DNA of 64,000 nucleotides, taken from Eubacteriales bacterium. GTDB lineage: Bacteria > Bacillota > Clostridia > Oscillospirales > UBA644. Each line of letters opens with the position of its first letter. Within the stretch, counting starts at the first letter, position 1. A program made the position numbers and the translations under genes. The stretch covers positions 9,160 through 73,159 of the forward strand of contig JAZQLP010000117.1 of NCBI GenBank assembly GCA_045542755.1, written 5' to 3'. This document shows positions 63,102-64,000 of the stretch, piece after piece. The notes beneath the pieces are model-generated. The model did not search any database. It was not told the DNA's origin and worked only from the letters and a program-made list of their open reading frames with translations.

Positions 63102-64000
63102 ATGACACAGATCGTATCTCTCATCGTACTTGTAATTTTCGTTGCCGTAACCTGTTTTATCGGCGTAGCAAGTACAAAAAAAGCTAACACATTAGACGGA
63201 TTCTTACTCGGCGGAAGAAATATTGGCGCGTGGCTGTCTGCATTTGCATACGGAACGTCCTATTTCTCTGCCGTTATTTTTATTGGATACGCAGGTAAAC
63301 ACGGTTGGGATATCGGACTTGCATCAATATGGATAGGAATAGGCAACGCCATTATAGGCAGCACCATAGCCTGGATACTCCTTGCAAAAAAGACAAGAAG
63401 AATGACCATATCCCTCTCCGCAAGAACCATGCCCGAAATGTTTGCGGGCAGATATAACAGCAAGGGAATGAAGATATACAGCGCCCTCATCATTTTTATC
63501 TTCCTCGTTCCCTACGCCGCCTCGGTATACAAGGGTCTGGGATCCCTTTTCAGCACCATATTCCCCGTGTTCGGTGATAACGGAACCGTAATATGTATGG
63601 CCATAGTTGCCGTATTTACGGCAGTGTATCTGGTTCTTGGCGGATACGTTGCCACAGCAGTCAACTCCCTTGTTCAGGGTATCCTGATGCTTGCAGGCGT
63701 TATCCTTATGGTAGTAGGTATAATCAATAACCCCGCAGTTGGAGGTCTTGCCAACGGCATTGAAGCACTTAAAGCCGAAAGTCCTTCGCTTGTAAGCGTT
63801 TTCGGTGGAAGCAACTTCAACTTCCTTGCCGTAAACATTCTCCTTACCTCATTCGGTGTTTGGGGCTTGCCTCAGATGGTACATAAGTTCAGTGCCCTCA
63901 AAAACGAAAAGAACATTCCCCAGGCAACTATCATATCAACCATATTTGCAATAATCATCGGCTGCGGTGCTTATCTGGCAGGTTCCTTTGGCAGATTCTT
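63102..64000 (+). CDS. Sodium:solute symporter (SSS) family transporter, 3' end beyond the window
   Basis: Not in the ORF track because no stop falls inside the window. I read the frame open from the ATG at 63102 to nt 64000. It encodes a multi-TM sequence with FLLGGRNIGAWLSAFAYGTSYFSAVIFIGYAG. Confidence 0.8.
   Translation, partial: MTQIVSLIVLVIFVAVTCFIGVASTKKANTLDGFLLGGRNIGAWLSAFAYGTSYFSAVIFIGYAGKHGWDIGLASIWIGIGNAIIGSTIAWILLAKKTRRMTISLSARTMPEMFAGRYNSKGMKIYSALIIFIFLVPYAASVYKGLGSLFSTIFPVFGDNGTVICMAIVAVFTAVYLVLGGYVATAVNSLVQGILMLAGVILMVVGIINNPAVGGLANGIEALKAESPSLVSVFGGSNFNFLAVNILLTSFGVWGLPQMVHKFSALKNEKNIPQATIISTIFAIIIGCGAYLAGSFGRF

Overview
The window looks like a chromosomal segment of a spore-forming Clostridia-type Firmicute. 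That call rests on the gene content (ytfI/ytfJ, scpAB, DUF421/DUF4363, ffs-dnaX-ybaB-recR, yceD-rpmF, der-plsY) and is an inference. G+C is roughly 50% judged by eye. Most of the window is tightly packed core housekeeping: about 70 CDS, five tRNAs (a Val-Asp-Phe-Gly cluster plus a solitary Gln), a small SRP RNA, a glycine riboswitch with its own terminator upstream of an alanine/glycine:cation symporter, and a zur-znuACB operon with a perfect palindromic operator. There are also many consensus sigma-A-type promoters and hairpin terminators. I saw no rRNA, CRISPR array, transposase, integrase or phage genes. The least explained parts are listed here in order of interest. (1) A translationally coupled three-gene membrane operon at 18.2-21.2 kb encodes a Zn-ribbon multi-TM protein, a 4-TM protein, and a bitopic protein with an extremely Cys-rich ectodomain and a large cytoplasmic domain. 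An adjacent orphan lipoprotein gene has a long hairpin leader. (2) An AT-rich orphan membrane-protein gene lies directly downstream of the tRNA cluster, next to an XRE-HTH membrane regulator. (3) A lower-GC islet carries a lipoprotein-type barnase, barstar and two unknown membrane proteins. (4) An active M50 protease sits next to a catalytically degenerate paralog. All functional calls come from reading the translated ORFs and motifs by eye. No database search was run.
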